A stretch of 61,808 nt of DNA, filler included, from Stramenopiles sp. TOSAG23-2 (Eukaryota), in the NCBI GenBank assembly GCA_900128395.1. It is 6 parts of 6 records of this genome, joined end to end, with 100 filler letters (N's around TTAATTAATTAA, not from the genome) between each part and the next. Parts side by side here need not be neighbours in the genome. Positions count along the whole stretch, not along the records: positions 10,403 to 20,678 come from LT650035.1; positions 20,779 to 31,014 come from LT650036.1; 4 more parts are not named here. The stretch is one strand, 5' to 3'. Position 1 is the first letter of the stretch. Each line of letters begins with the position of its first letter. A program made the position numbers and the translations under genes. Of the stretch, positions 11,947-23,757 are shown piece after piece. The notes below the pieces were generated by a model that saw nothing but the letters and a program-made list of their open reading frames with translations, made no database searches and had not been told where the DNA came from.

Positions 11947-12141
11947 ATTTACCACTGGTGGTAAGGGAATTGATTCCTTACAAGGGAATTTGAGACAGTC
12001 TTACAGTAAAAAAAGTTTTAAATAGTTATATATATTATAACAACGAACGCGTTGGGAAAGATAGAAACCTATTTGTGCTTGTAAGGTATCACCCATATTT
12101 TGAATACTTAAAAGAAGAGAATGCATGTTTCAACCAATTAG

Positions 12142-12566
12142 GTGATATATTCGGATTCAATAGGAACATCCTTCGTTTTCTCGGATGCTAATGGTGCGGT
12201 ATTCACCTTACCCGTAGCCACCGTTGCAAATATTGGCGTAACATACACATTTGTTATTGGTCTAACTGCTACCAGTAACACACATACAGTACGATGTAAT
12301 GATAGAGACGATGGTGTTGATGATGATACTGGTGACCTTAATGGGGATCAGATACACGGACGTTTATTTTATAATTGCCGCGGATAACATTGATGCTTTT
12401 ACAGCTAAGATGGTATTCTTAATGATAGTGGTATAGAATGCGATGGTTCTACAACAGGTATCACTTTACCCTAATTTTAATTTCGGAAAATGAATTGGTG
12501 GTTTCTGGAACAATACTTATAACTGGTGTTGCTGGAAACCCATTGAAAAACATGGCATCAACATAA
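12142..12566 (+). pseudogene. Frameshifted remnant of a module related to the C-terminal domain of the upstream repeat protein
   Basis: FTLPVATVANIGVTYTFVIGLTATSNTH is followed, in shifted frames, by IIAADNIDAFTA, DGILNDSGIECDGSTTG and ELVVSGTILITGVAGNPL. No clean ATG start. Confidence 0.5.
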
Positions 12567-13282
12567 CAGGAAATACCGATGAAGGGAATTGTAACAAGGG
12601 TACGAACGTGCGAAAGTATAATTCACTGTAAGCCAAAAGTTGCAAAGCAATGCATACCGATTAGTATAGGCGCTTATTTTTGTAACAAATAAATTAAAAT
12701 ATGGATTAATCATGTTATTCAAAAAAAATTACCGTATGGGGGGATATGGTGTCTTTTATGTGCATATTTTACCAAGCATAATAGCGATATTTAATTATAT
12801 ACTTTTTACTCTTTCTTTTGTTTCATGTTTCATTGTTTCATTGCTGTTTTTTTAACTATATGGCCTGTATATAGAGAAATTACACTTTAACACTACGTAC
12901 ATGATATACCGGCTTGAAAAAGTGGTTAAGGTTTCGATCGAGATGATCATCGATCTAGATCACGATCATCATATATGAAGGCGTCATAATCTAATCGAAG
13001 AACCACAGAATTATTGGATGGATTTATGATTTCGCATTCGCACTTTTTTTGCATTCATTTTCTAAACGAGCACACTATAATACATAATATAATAGCTTAT
13101 ATTCATATAAATTTAGATCTACATCACATACAGTGTATATATGATCCTACAGCACTAATGCATATACATCTGTAACATATTGTATATAAAAACAAAATAA
13201 CAAAAAAAGAAATACCAATACATACCATTTCATGTATTGTTAATATAATCGCAAGATAGTCATACATAATCTATACAAAAAC

Positions 13283-14512
13283 ATGTGGCGTTTTTTTTTA
13301 AAAAAACAAAGTAAATTAATAAATAATGTATTAATATTGAAAAATAATAATAATAATAATAATAATAAATGTATAATAAAATATGTAAAACAATGTAAAA
13401 ACAACAACAATATACATTTCAAACAACAAATTACACGTACATTGTCAACAACAACGCCAACAACATCTGATTATAATGATAATGGTGATAAGAATAACGT
13501 AGTGTCAAAAGAAAGATATGATTATTATACTGTTAGTGAAAAAGCTATTACGCAGATGACACAACAGGAAAAATATTTATCACACACTTTACATGCAAAA
13601 ACAACGTTAGAAACACGAAATAGGGTTGATATTGCAGATGCGAAACGTCTCTCCTTTCGGCTTTCTACAGAATTGCCACGACATTTTTTACTATATTTTA
13701 ACAAAGGGATTGAAGCAAATATGTTTCCAACAGATTCAACTAGTAATACCGATAAGAATGTACGTAAATTTTTGAGAGGACTTGATAGACAAGCAAACAT
13801 TTTGGATTGCATGCCAATATTTTCCGAGTTGGCATTATTTTTAGGTATAAATACATTTGATACACCATTTTTAAATAAATGGAGAAGCGAGCAAGCGCAT
13901 ATTTCATCCATGAATGTAGATCATTTACTAGAATTTAATGATTTACCACAATTAAAAGGAGGCTTTGAAACCCCAGTTGGATCAGATGAAATGATTGATT
14001 TTTTTGAAGATATATTTGCAATTTTTCGTGGACCAGATTATACTAAGGAGTTGCATAGTTTGAGAAAAAATTATATTATGGATGTTTTATATGCAATTGG
14101 TGCAAAAGAATTAATTTTTGCTGCAAAAGGGAAGGGATTGCATTATTCACCAATAACAAATGAAGAGAAATTAGTGGCATTATATCCAATAAGTGCATTT
14201 TTAGTTAATTTAAAATGGTTTTATGGAGCCCCGGTTAATTTGAAACAGATTAAAGATATAATTGATCCAGATCAATTGGAAAAATGTGCAGGTATGTCTT
14301 TATACGATGTATTTATAATGTCATTAGTGGAAGAGTATTCCAATGCAAAAATAAATGAAAATAATAAGAATGATATAAAATACATCAAGTATCTTTCAGA
14401 AAAAATGGTTGAAGCGGATGAATTTGGAGTTGTAAGACATAATATTGTTGACATGGATGATTTTGAAATAGTTAAAAAAAAATGGTTGAAGCGGATGAAT
14501 TTGGAGTTGTAA
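13283..14512 (+). CDS. N-terminal part of a probable mitochondrion-targeted protein; continues in 14482..16986
   Basis: Basic, acid-free N-terminus (MWRFFLKKQSK...ITRTLSTT). The frame is broken only by a 77-nt tandem duplication. Confidence 0.7.
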   Translation: MWRFFLKKQSKLINNVLILKNNNNNNNNKCIIKYVKQCKNNNNIHFKQQITRTLSTTTPTTSDYNDNGDKNNVVSKERYDYYTVSEKAITQMTQQEKYLSHTLHAKTTLETRNRVDIADAKRLSFRLSTELPRHFLLYFNKGIEANMFPTDSTSNTDKNVRKFLRGLDRQANILDCMPIFSELALFLGINTFDTPFLNKWRSEQAHISSMNVDHLLEFNDLPQLKGGFETPVGSDEMIDFFEDIFAIFRGPDYTKELHSLRKNYIMDVLYAIGAKELIFAAKGKGLHYSPITNEEKLVALYPISAFLVNLKWFYGAPVNLKQIKDIIDPDQLEKCAGMSLYDVFIMSLVEEYSNAKINENNKNDIKYIKYLSEKMVEADEFGVVRHNIVDMDDFEIVKKKWLKRMNLEL

Positions 14513-14558
14513 GACATAATATTGTTGACATGGATGATTTTGAAATAGTTAAAAAGCA
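14405..14558. repeat. 77-nt-period tandem duplication that frameshifts the gene
   Basis: ATGGTTGAAGCGGATG...GAAATAGTTAAAAA starts at both 14405 and 14482. Confidence 0.92.
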
Positions 14559-14647
14559 AGATCGCGTGATAAGAATATTACACTTGTTTAGTAAATTATT
14601 TTTAAATCGTAACAAGGATATTATCAACAACGAGGAAGCGAATTCTG

Positions 14648-14679
<32 letters not shown>

Positions 14680-16986
14680 AACATACAAGACAACAATAAT
14701 ACTAGCACACACAACAATTATGCTATAGATGAAAGTGAAGTAGATGAGCAATTCACATTAAATGATGTAATTCTTTCAAATAAATTTACGTCTGGGACAG
14801 ACAATAGTGGTGATATGAGTAATGATAATGAAATTGATGTACTTCTTGATATATTAATAACAGCATCTACATCATCTACAACTTATAAGAATGGAAGTTC
14901 AGAAATGGAATATCATTTTTCAGGTTTATTTAGTGCTTTATTGGATAATTATAATCCATCATTGTTTGCACAACATTTAGGTCGTTTACATGGAATTTCA
15001 CCAAAATCAATATGTGCTGAAACAAAAGCAAAGAAATCGAAAAAATATATTTGGGGAAACATTCTCCCAATTCGATGTAATGATTATCATTTTGATGAGA
15101 CATTATTATTATTACGTAATTATTTCGCCTTGCGTGGTGGAAATGAATATAAATTAAAAGACAAGGAGCTACGAGACATTATAGATACGTTAGAAAACCA
15201 ATGGAAAATTGAAAAGGGAATTGTTGATGAAGTTGATATAGATGATGCTGAAGGTATTTCTCCAAGTGCGGATGAAAATATTGAAGCTCCTGTACATACA
15301 AGGAAAATGGATGAAAGATTATACGAACATATTGAAATTGAATGTACCGACCAGATAGTATCTTTACTTACTAAAGATGAAGTGAAAGGATTGATCCAAA
15401 ATATTAAAAGTTATAAAATAGCATTGAACAATGTGGATACTAAAATTGCTACGAAAAAGAAAATATTACGATCAATATTTAATTTATGTGGTCGAAATGC
15501 AAATTTAATATGGCCAAACTTAATCAGACTTGTGCCATTTATTAATACCAATCGTTTGTATTTAAAAAAAGTTTCACATGATAAATATGCTTCAAAGACA
15601 TTGTCGCTAAATTTAACTCCTGCATTTGACAATGTATCATGGGATACAAGTAGCTTTAACAAAGCTCCTGGTACAACTAAAAGGGTAAAATTTAAAAAAA
15701 ATGAAGATGAGAATGCAGATATTTTTGGCGATGAAGTAAAAAATTTACATATGAATTTAAATGAAGAGTACGATTGGATAGATGAAGCGGATAATATTCG
15801 CAGCCATGACGAAATGGAAGAGGAGGAATTAGATACTAGCAAATATGAAGGAAGGTATTTATTTGATCCTGCTATTGAAGAAAAAACAGTTGTTATACGT
15901 GATTTGCCCCCATTAATAACGGAAGAAGAAATCATCGACGGCCTATGTCACATTGGAAATATTTCAAAGGTGACTTTGTACAATGGAGATTTTTTTGGTG
16001 GGGATAAGGAAAATTGCCATACCAATGCAAAGTTTAATGCATTGCTTTTCAAGCGTTTAGATTTAAAATCAGTAAATTTATCACAATCTCCGAAAGTTAA
16101 AATGATGAAGAATAATTTAGCTAGAGAGACGCCAATTTTTGCTTTTGTGGAGTTTGAAAGTATGGAAGACAAAGTGAAAGCAATGACACCAGCATTGAAA
16201 GTGTTTGGATGCAATGTAGGTTCTAGCGTGAATATCAAAGGCCTTCCATCATCATATTTTATTGAAGGTAGAGGATCAAAAGCTGGTAGTGGCAATCCTA
16301 AAAATAAACAATTGCGACCTGATATCATTAAAATTGAAAATTCATGTTTAATAAATGATGTAAAAGATTATCGCGTTCTGGAATTGGAAAGTACATATTA
16401 CAGTGCCAAACGAGATGAATATATTGAGGAAATTAATAATAAATTATCCGAATTATTTTCCATAGATGATCCGTATCATAATATTAATAATAGTAGTAGT
16501 AATAGCATCAATGAAAACCTTTATAATGATATTGAAGATGAAGATACTAGTCTGAATGATGAGAATGGGATGGAGAACATAGATGATGAAGATTTTTTAA
16601 ATACCTTGAGTACTTTCAATCAATATGAAAACACAGATTATTCAATTGGTGATACCAATAATAATAGAGGCATTGATATTGGAAATGCTATTGTAAAAGA
16701 TCGAAAATGTTATTTGCATTTTCCAACTTATACTATGGCATTAAAAGCATATGAGCGACTTAGTTATCTGAACGAATTAAATGATGGTATGTTTCAACAA
16801 CCTATGAGAATTAATTGGTATTTGAAGAAAAAATTTATTGTGGATAACGACGGTAATAATAATTATGGTAATTTTTCCAAGAAACGTCATTCTTCATTTT
16901 ATGATAATAATAATAATGAATATGAGGAGGATGATGAGGATGATGATGAACATGAATTTTTAAAAAGACTTTCTAATCTTTTATAA
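14482..16986 (+). CDS. C-terminal part of an RRM-domain protein (1208 aa if joined to the upstream ORF)
   Basis: RNP2-like TVVIRDLPPLITEEEI and RNP1-like FAFVEFES, separated by a long loop. Confidence 0.7.
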
Positions 16987-18487
16987 AAAATGTTTTAATA
17001 TGATGTACTAGTATGCATATCATATGATATTGTTTATGTGTGTGCGTGTGTTACAAATATCATAATATTTTCAGTTCGTAACAAGTTTGATATGATACGA
17101 ACAGTAATAAAAGTGTATTAAATACGAGACGCTTCGTACGTTCGTAAAAGAAACACGTACGAGTAAATTTTAAAAAATATACATTATGTGCACATTTTTT
17201 TTTAAACACTAATAAACAAGAGAATTAAAATTAAATTATTTAATAGTGTCGTCTGTATTGCACTATTAAATAATTTAATTTTAATTCTCTTGTTTATTAG
17301 TGTTTAAAAAAAAATGTGCACATAATGTATATTTTTTAAAATTTACTCGTACGTGTTTCTTTTACGAACGTACGAAGCGTCTCGTATTTAATACACTTTT
17401 ATTACTGTTCGTATCATATCAAACTTGTTACGAACTGAAAATATTATGATATTTGTAACACACGCACACACATAAACAATATCATATGATATGCATACTA
17501 GTACATCATATTAAAACATTTTTTATAAAAGATTAGAAAGTCTTTTTAAAAATTCATGTTCATCATCATCCTCATCATCCTCCTCATATTCATTATTATT
17601 ATTATCATAAAATGAAGAATGACGTTTCTTGGAAAAATTACCATAATTATTATTACCGTCGTTATCCACAATAAATTTTTTCTTCAAATACCAATTAATT
17701 CTCATAGGTTGTTGAAACATACCATCATTTAATTCGTTCAGATAACTAAGTCGCTCATATGCTTTTAATGCCATAGTATAAGTTGGAAAATGCAAATAAC
17801 ATTTTCGATCTTTTACAATAGCATTTCCAATATCAATGCCTCTATTATTATTGGTATCACCAATTGAATAATCTGTGTTTTCATATTGATTGAAAGTACT
17901 CAAGGTATTTAAAAAATCTTCATCATCTATGTTCTCCATCCCATTCTCATCATTCAGACTAGTATCTTCATCTTCAATATCATTATAAAGGTTTTCATTG
18001 ATGCTATTACTACTACTATTATTAATATTATGATACGGATCATCTATGGAAAATAATTCGGATAATTTATTATTAATTTCCTCAATATATTCATCTCGTT
18101 TGGCACTGTAATATGTACTTTCCAATTCCAGAACGCGATAATCTTTTACATCATTTATTAAACATGAATTTTCAATTTTAATGATATCAGGTCGCAATTG
18201 TTTATTTTTAGGATTGCCACTACCAGCTTTTGATCCTCTACCTTCAATAAAATATGATGATGGAAGGCCTTTGATATTCACGCTAGAACCTACATTGCAT
18301 CCAAACACTTTCAATGCTGGTGTCATTGCTTTCACTTTGTCTTCCATACTTTCAAACTCCACAAAAGCAAAAATTGGCGTCTCTCTAGCTAAATTATTCT
18401 TCATCATTTTAACTTTCGGAGATTGTGATAAATTTACTGATTTTAAATCTAAACGCTTGAAAAGCAATGCATTAAACTTTGCATTGG
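16022..18487. repeat. Long inverted repeat (fold-back): 1227-bp arms 16022-17248 and 17261-18487 with a 12-nt spacer
   Basis: Minus-strand ORF 17523..18467 translates identically to the C-terminus of ORF 14482..16986. The centre reads TAATAGTG-tcgtctgtattg-CACTATTA. Confidence 0.97.
17523..18467 (-). pseudogene. Inverted partial duplicate of the RRM gene 3' end (probably chimeric, not an independent gene)
   Basis: Identical translation, no own ATG, and it lies wholly within the fold-back arm. Confidence 0.8.
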
Positions 18488-18682
18488 GATTTGATGAAGA
18501 TAAAGCAAAGGAAATATTACCAAAAGTTGATTATGATGTATCCCGTGCAGTTGATGAATTAGCTGAAGCAGGTGCTTTTTCAGGTAGTACTACGGAGTCT
18601 CCATTGAAGAAAAAACCAGCGGTAGATCCAAAAGAACAAGAATTACAAACAAAGGTAGAAATGTGTGTTGGTATGGGATTTG
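18485..18682 (+). repeat. 198-bp exact copy of 20134-20331 (UBA-coding segment) fused to the end of the fold-back arm
   Basis: TGGGATTTGATGAAGATAAAGC...GGTATGGGATTTG is identical at both places (offset 1649). Confidence 0.92.
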
Positions 18683-18812
18683 TTTTCATTTCAGATTATA
18701 GCATATCAAGAATAAGATACAACGATATATATATATATATATATAAACAAAAAAATAAGAATTATTGCTACGATATAATAATATAATATAATAATTAGAT
18801 ATACATAAAAAG

Positions 18813-20669
18813 ATGAGTGAATTTGCAGGGAAAAACTCCGCAAATAATCCGTTATTGAATATTACGTCACATATATGTAAATTTGAAACTCCAACTTCGA
18901 CGAAATTAGTGTTTGAAGATATATTCTTAGGGCCATTCAATGAAAAAGCAACGGATGTGTTGCAAGTTGCAACGAAGCAGCGAGACGCATTGATGGGATC
19001 TTTAACATATGGTGGATCAACACCAGATCCACGTGCAATTGTTGCTAGTTGTAAAGAATATTATCCAACTGTTTGGTGCATAACTGAATCAATGGTTCAT
19101 GCTGGCGATACGAAATTAACGATGAAAAAGAAATTGAAATTTTCATGGTCTAGTGTTTTAGATCGACGGGAAAGACGATCGCATTGGGTAAAAGATGCAT
19201 TTGTTTTCGAAATTGCGCAAGTCTTAGTATTGCAAGCATTACAATCTAGCAATGCAGCGTCTAATTTATGTGCAGCGGATGATTATTCTGCTGCTGCACA
19301 ACAACTTCGTGAAGCTGCTGGTATATTAGTATATGTTGCAGAAACATTATTACCAAAGTGGACTAGCATGACGCCTGACGTGCCGTTTGAAGTGGAAGGC
19401 TCAGTATTAAAAGCAATTGCAAAGGTAATGCAAGCACAAGCACAACAAATGGCTATATCCAAAGCGTTGAGCATGGGTAAAAAATTACCATCAACATTAC
19501 TTGCGAAATTATGCATGGGTTGTATTAGCTTTTACAATGAAGGTGCATCCTTGTTACGAAGTTTGCCAAAAGCCAAATTTGACATGTTGGATACAGTTTT
19601 ACTTGAAGTATGTGGTGTCTATCCAAAAATATTAAAAGGTTATGCATTTCAATTAATGGCAAAAGATTACTATGAGAAAGGTACGTATGGTTACGCAGCA
19701 GCATACGCAGAGGAAGCGTTAAATGTATTTTCTCAACTTGTTAAATTACAAAATAAACCATTACACCCGATACAAAAAAGTGTCGATGCATTGCAATCAG
19801 ACGCACGGAATTTAGCCGATACCTATATAGAGGAAAATAATACTGTCTATTTTGAACCGTTACCTGATGAAGGTGTAACAGCAGTCCCGGCAAAAACTAT
19901 GGATGTCTCTGTAAAGGAATACAAAACACCACCTGTATCATACATTTCATTGGCACAAATTGCTGAAACAGTGACGGAAACTACAAGTACGACTGGATCA
20001 TCAAAATCATCTGAACCTAAAAAAAGTGGTGGAGGATGGTTTAGCGCTTTAACAGGTGGTAGTAAAAAAAGTAGTAAAATTAAAAAGGTGGAAACAAAAG
20101 AGGAAAAAGAAAAAATTGCAAGCTTAGTCGCAATGGGATTTGATGAAGATAAAGCAAAGGAAATATTACCAAAAGTTGATTATGATGTATCCCGTGCAGT
20201 TGATGAATTAGCTGAAGCAGGTGCTTTTTCAGGTAGTACTACGGAGTCTCCATTGAAGAAAAAACCAGCGGTAGATCCAAAAGAACAAGAATTACAAACA
20301 AAGGTAGAAATGTGTGTTGGTATGGGATTTGATGCTGCACAAGCAAGAGAAGTCCTTCCAACGGTTGATTATGATGTATCAAGAGCAATAGATAAACTTG
20401 TATTGAGTGGTGGTGGTGATAGTAGTAGTAGTAAAAATAATAGTAGTGGAAGGATGTTGGGAAATAATGATTATAGTAATAATAATGGTTACAGTAGTAG
20501 TAAAACCGGTGGTGATGATGATGAAGATGTATTAGAAATTGTTGTGCCTGAAGGTGTACGTAGTGGACAAACGATATCGATTAAAGATCCAAGAAATGGT
20601 AAAATATACAGAGTATGTGTACCACTTGGAGCTGGACCTGGCACAAAAATTCAAGTGAATACAAGTTGA
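18813..20669 (+). CDS. BRO1-domain protein with two UBA domains and a C-terminal V-x-VP-x-G motif domain
   Basis: BRO1-like LKFSWSSVL, FEIAQVL, LREAAGIL, AQAQQM, LLAKLC and EENNTVYFE. Two MGF-containing UBA repeats (LVAMGFDEDKAKE..DVSRAVDEL and CVGMGFDAAQARE..DVSRAIDKL). Confidence 0.85.
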   Translation: MSEFAGKNSANNPLLNITSHICKFETPTSTKLVFEDIFLGPFNEKATDVLQVATKQRDALMGSLTYGGSTPDPRAIVASCKEYYPTVWCITESMVHAGDTKLTMKKKLKFSWSSVLDRRERRSHWVKDAFVFEIAQVLVLQALQSSNAASNLCAADDYSAAAQQLREAAGILVYVAETLLPKWTSMTPDVPFEVEGSVLKAIAKVMQAQAQQMAISKALSMGKKLPSTLLAKLCMGCISFYNEGASLLRSLPKAKFDMLDTVLLEVCGVYPKILKGYAFQLMAKDYYEKGTYGYAAAYAEEALNVFSQLVKLQNKPLHPIQKSVDALQSDARNLADTYIEENNTVYFEPLPDEGVTAVPAKTMDVSVKEYKTPPVSYISLAQIAETVTETTSTTGSSKSSEPKKSGGGWFSALTGGSKKSSKIKKVETKEEKEKIASLVAMGFDEDKAKEILPKVDYDVSRAVDELAEAGAFSGSTTESPLKKKPAVDPKEQELQTKVEMCVGMGFDAAQAREVLPTVDYDVSRAIDKLVLSGGGDSSSSKNNSSGRMLGNNDYSNNNGYSSSKTGGDDDEDVLEIVVPEGVRSGQTISIKDPRNGKIYRVCVPLGAGPGTKIQVNTS

Positions 20670-20678
20670 GTAATTACA

Positions 20679-20778
20679 NNNNNNNNNNNNNNNNNNNNNN
20701 NNNNNNNNNNNNNNNNNNNNNNTTAATTAATTAANNNNNNNNNNNNNNNNNNNNNNNNNNNNNNNNNNNNNNNNNNNN
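20679..20778. other. Artificial contig-joining spacer
   Basis: N44-TTAATTAATTAA-N44. Confidence 0.98.
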
Positions 20779-20888
20779 GGTGTTGGAATTTGCATACCAC
20801 CGGTATCTTGACTATTTGTTATTGACGTCGTCGCCGTGGTGGAATTCGTCGTCGTCGTCGTTGTTGTTGTTGTTGGCATCATCATCAT
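20779..20888 (-). CDS. Possible 5' end of a gene truncated by the contig edge (MMMMPTTTT...GGMQIPT)
   Basis: ATG run followed by GC-richer codon-like sequence that stays open to the gap. Confidence 0.35.
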
Positions 20889-20986
20889 AATGAGTTTTAT
20901 TTGATATACACACTCGTATATATGCACGGAAAGAAAGTCTGATACTATAAATACTATTGAGCAATATCTCTGTCTCTCTCGCTATA

Positions 20987-21017
<31 letters not shown>

Positions 21018-21557
21018 GCAAATCTCTCTCTTTATATATGTATATATAATATATATATATCTACACACAAACTTTACCAACTACTAAATCTATCTTCTTG
21101 TCGTTCAATGTGCTTCAATTCAATATTCAATCATAGTAATTTTCACTCTCCTCGCTGGTCCCCTCCCTATCAAAAAATGCCATGTGAAAATAGCAAATAT
21201 TTATAATATATGGAAATAGCAAGGGTACAATCAACAATGGGAAATTTTTTACCTTTTGCATATTATACTTCAAGCGGTAATTAGACTACGAACAAGATTT
21301 AGAAATTTGGTTTATGGTTGTTTGAAAAAGAAGAAAGAAGTGAAAAATTGAATGAGAACAACAACATAGAAAATTCAAAATAGTAATATAAATAGTGAGA
21401 GAGACATCAATTGTTTTGGTCCCTCTCTCTCTTTTTATCTCAAACCATTAAAACAATCTTTTATAACAATACAAGATATATATTTATCGAAGAAGAAGAA
21501 GAATACGTACATATACATCTAATACATATATACATATATATATATATTACTATCATT

Positions 21558-23726
21558 ATGTATAACAACAATAATGAAAATTTTAGATATCAAAATAATA
21601 TTAATTATAATAACACCCAACAACAAAATGGTAATAATAATATGATGATGAATGGTGGTCAAGGGACAGGATCTTCACAAATGTATGGCAATAGAAATAA
21701 TAATAATATGAACAGTCCTTATGGCAACAATAATATGAAAGGCAATGGCCTTAATAATAATGCAATGAGGCGTAACCTGACTTCCATGTTGCCACCTGTA
21801 ACAATTCGCCATCCAAAATTAAAAAAAATCATACAAGACACTATGATGAGAAATGCCAATCCCAAATTAAAAGTAAATATTCTTCGTCAATTACGCTCTC
21901 TTATAAAAAAAGAGCATGATTTTCGTGGCGAATTATGGGACGTGTTACCACACATATTAGATTGGTACTTTGGAGGAAATAGCGGAAAGAGTTTGTATGA
22001 AATAGCCGAAGAACAACTAATACCAAAACGAAGAAATACCACTGTTGATATGAGCAGGATGGATAATAAATATTTCCCTGTAGATATACCGCAGGAACTT
22101 TTATTACTATCCTTTAAACAAAAACATGGTTTGCAAGTGGAAGGAAGCTTGTTTTTTGAATTGTTTTGCAATGAAAATCTTGCGTTTCATAAAAATAAGA
22201 GGAAATTGTTTTTTCCTGTAAAAGATTTACCTGTTGCTGTAATACAGAGTATTGAAAATAAAATTCCTAATGCAAATTATGGTCGTGGATACGATGATGA
22301 TGATCCCATATTAATTAATACCTATGTTGATATCTTGCAACAAACACCGGATGATACCATTGATCTTTACAACAGTGTTACTGACTACAATAATAATAAT
22401 AATAACAACAATAATATGAACAATTTTAACAGTAACACGAGGGGTAATAATATGATGATGAATGGTGCTGGTATGAGTGGCGGGCGAGTTGTACGAAATG
22501 CAAAGCAACTACGCGTCTCGTTGGAGGAATTTTATATATTGAAATTTTTATTAACAATAGTACAAAAGAAGAGTGGTAACATGCGAAGAACGATTAATTC
22601 TCCATCTTCATATGGTAGTTACTTTTCCGGTGGTGGTAGCAGTACTGGATCGGCACAACGTAAACGTTTAAAAGCTAAAATGTACAAATGTTTGTTAAAA
22701 TATAGCGTTGTTGAATATCGGCAAATAGAGCCATATGTTGAATTATTATATCAATGCTTCCGAAGGTTTTTACCATTAGCAAATGAAGATTACAACTTCA
22801 ATGCAAACAGTGCATTTGGAGAAGAATTTTTCATTGATCATGTCATATTGTGCTGGATATGGCCAGCATCCAGAAAAAAGGAGTTTACTTCTTTTAAATT
22901 TACATTGAAATTAGGTGTATCGATTACCAGCTTAGTATCATACGTAATTAGCAGAGATTACCAGCAATTAATCGAGGAGGGAAATAGTGTAACGTTTGAA
23001 TCCTTACGAATCCATCTATACAATATGCTTTCGACTGTGTTAGGGAATGATGGTATCACTGGATCCGGGCATGAAGAATTTTCAATGAATGTAGATATTT
23101 GGTTATTGATATTGATGCCATGGTTAGCACAAGAGTTACATGAGTCTAGTGGTAGAAATTTAGGTGCTGCTACCATGATGGGTAACTCCGCATCGCTAGA
23201 TACGCAAAATCCATTAGCAGCAAAATTACAGAAAGCAAAAAAAGAAGATAGAAATAATCATCCTCATCATCATCATCAGGACAGACCAACTGTTCAACGA
23301 CAAAAAACTGAAAGAAATGGAAGGGAATCTGGTGGAGACAATAGCCATGTGAAAAAAAATGAAAAACATAGTGAAGGAGGGCACGACTATTTGAACAACA
23401 TTCAATGCCGTGATGATCTAGCACCATATATGTTTGAAGAAAATAAATGGATTCCATATATACTTGCAAATTATCCATTTTACAGTGTTTTGTTTGAAAA
23501 ATTTCTTAGCAACATATCAAGCATGGATATCATGGATAGAAATCAAAACCATTTGGAACTAGTGGAACGTGTGATGTACGTTTTTACGCCACAGTTACAG
23601 CGGGTGTTATACAAATGCACTGAATTCATTCAATATGACAATTATTTCTTCAACAACGTGGTGGATGCAAATGTTTTATTTAGATGTAAACAACACTCAA
23701 AAGATTTGACACATCCTGTGGGTGGA

Positions 23727-23757
<31 letters not shown>

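Noticed and set aside
10403-12566. Integrated virus, virophage or prophage
   Set aside because: No capsid, packaging ATPase, integrase or polymerase gene and no terminal repeats are visible; only fibre-like motifs.
14400-14512. Programmed ribosomal frameshift at the A-run between the overlapping ORFs
   Set aside because: The overlap is fully explained by an exact 77-nt tandem duplication.
18181-18786. 201-aa ORF containing a UBA-like segment
   Set aside because: It is the antisense of the RRM gene fused to a duplicated piece of the BRO1-UBA gene; a chimeric product.
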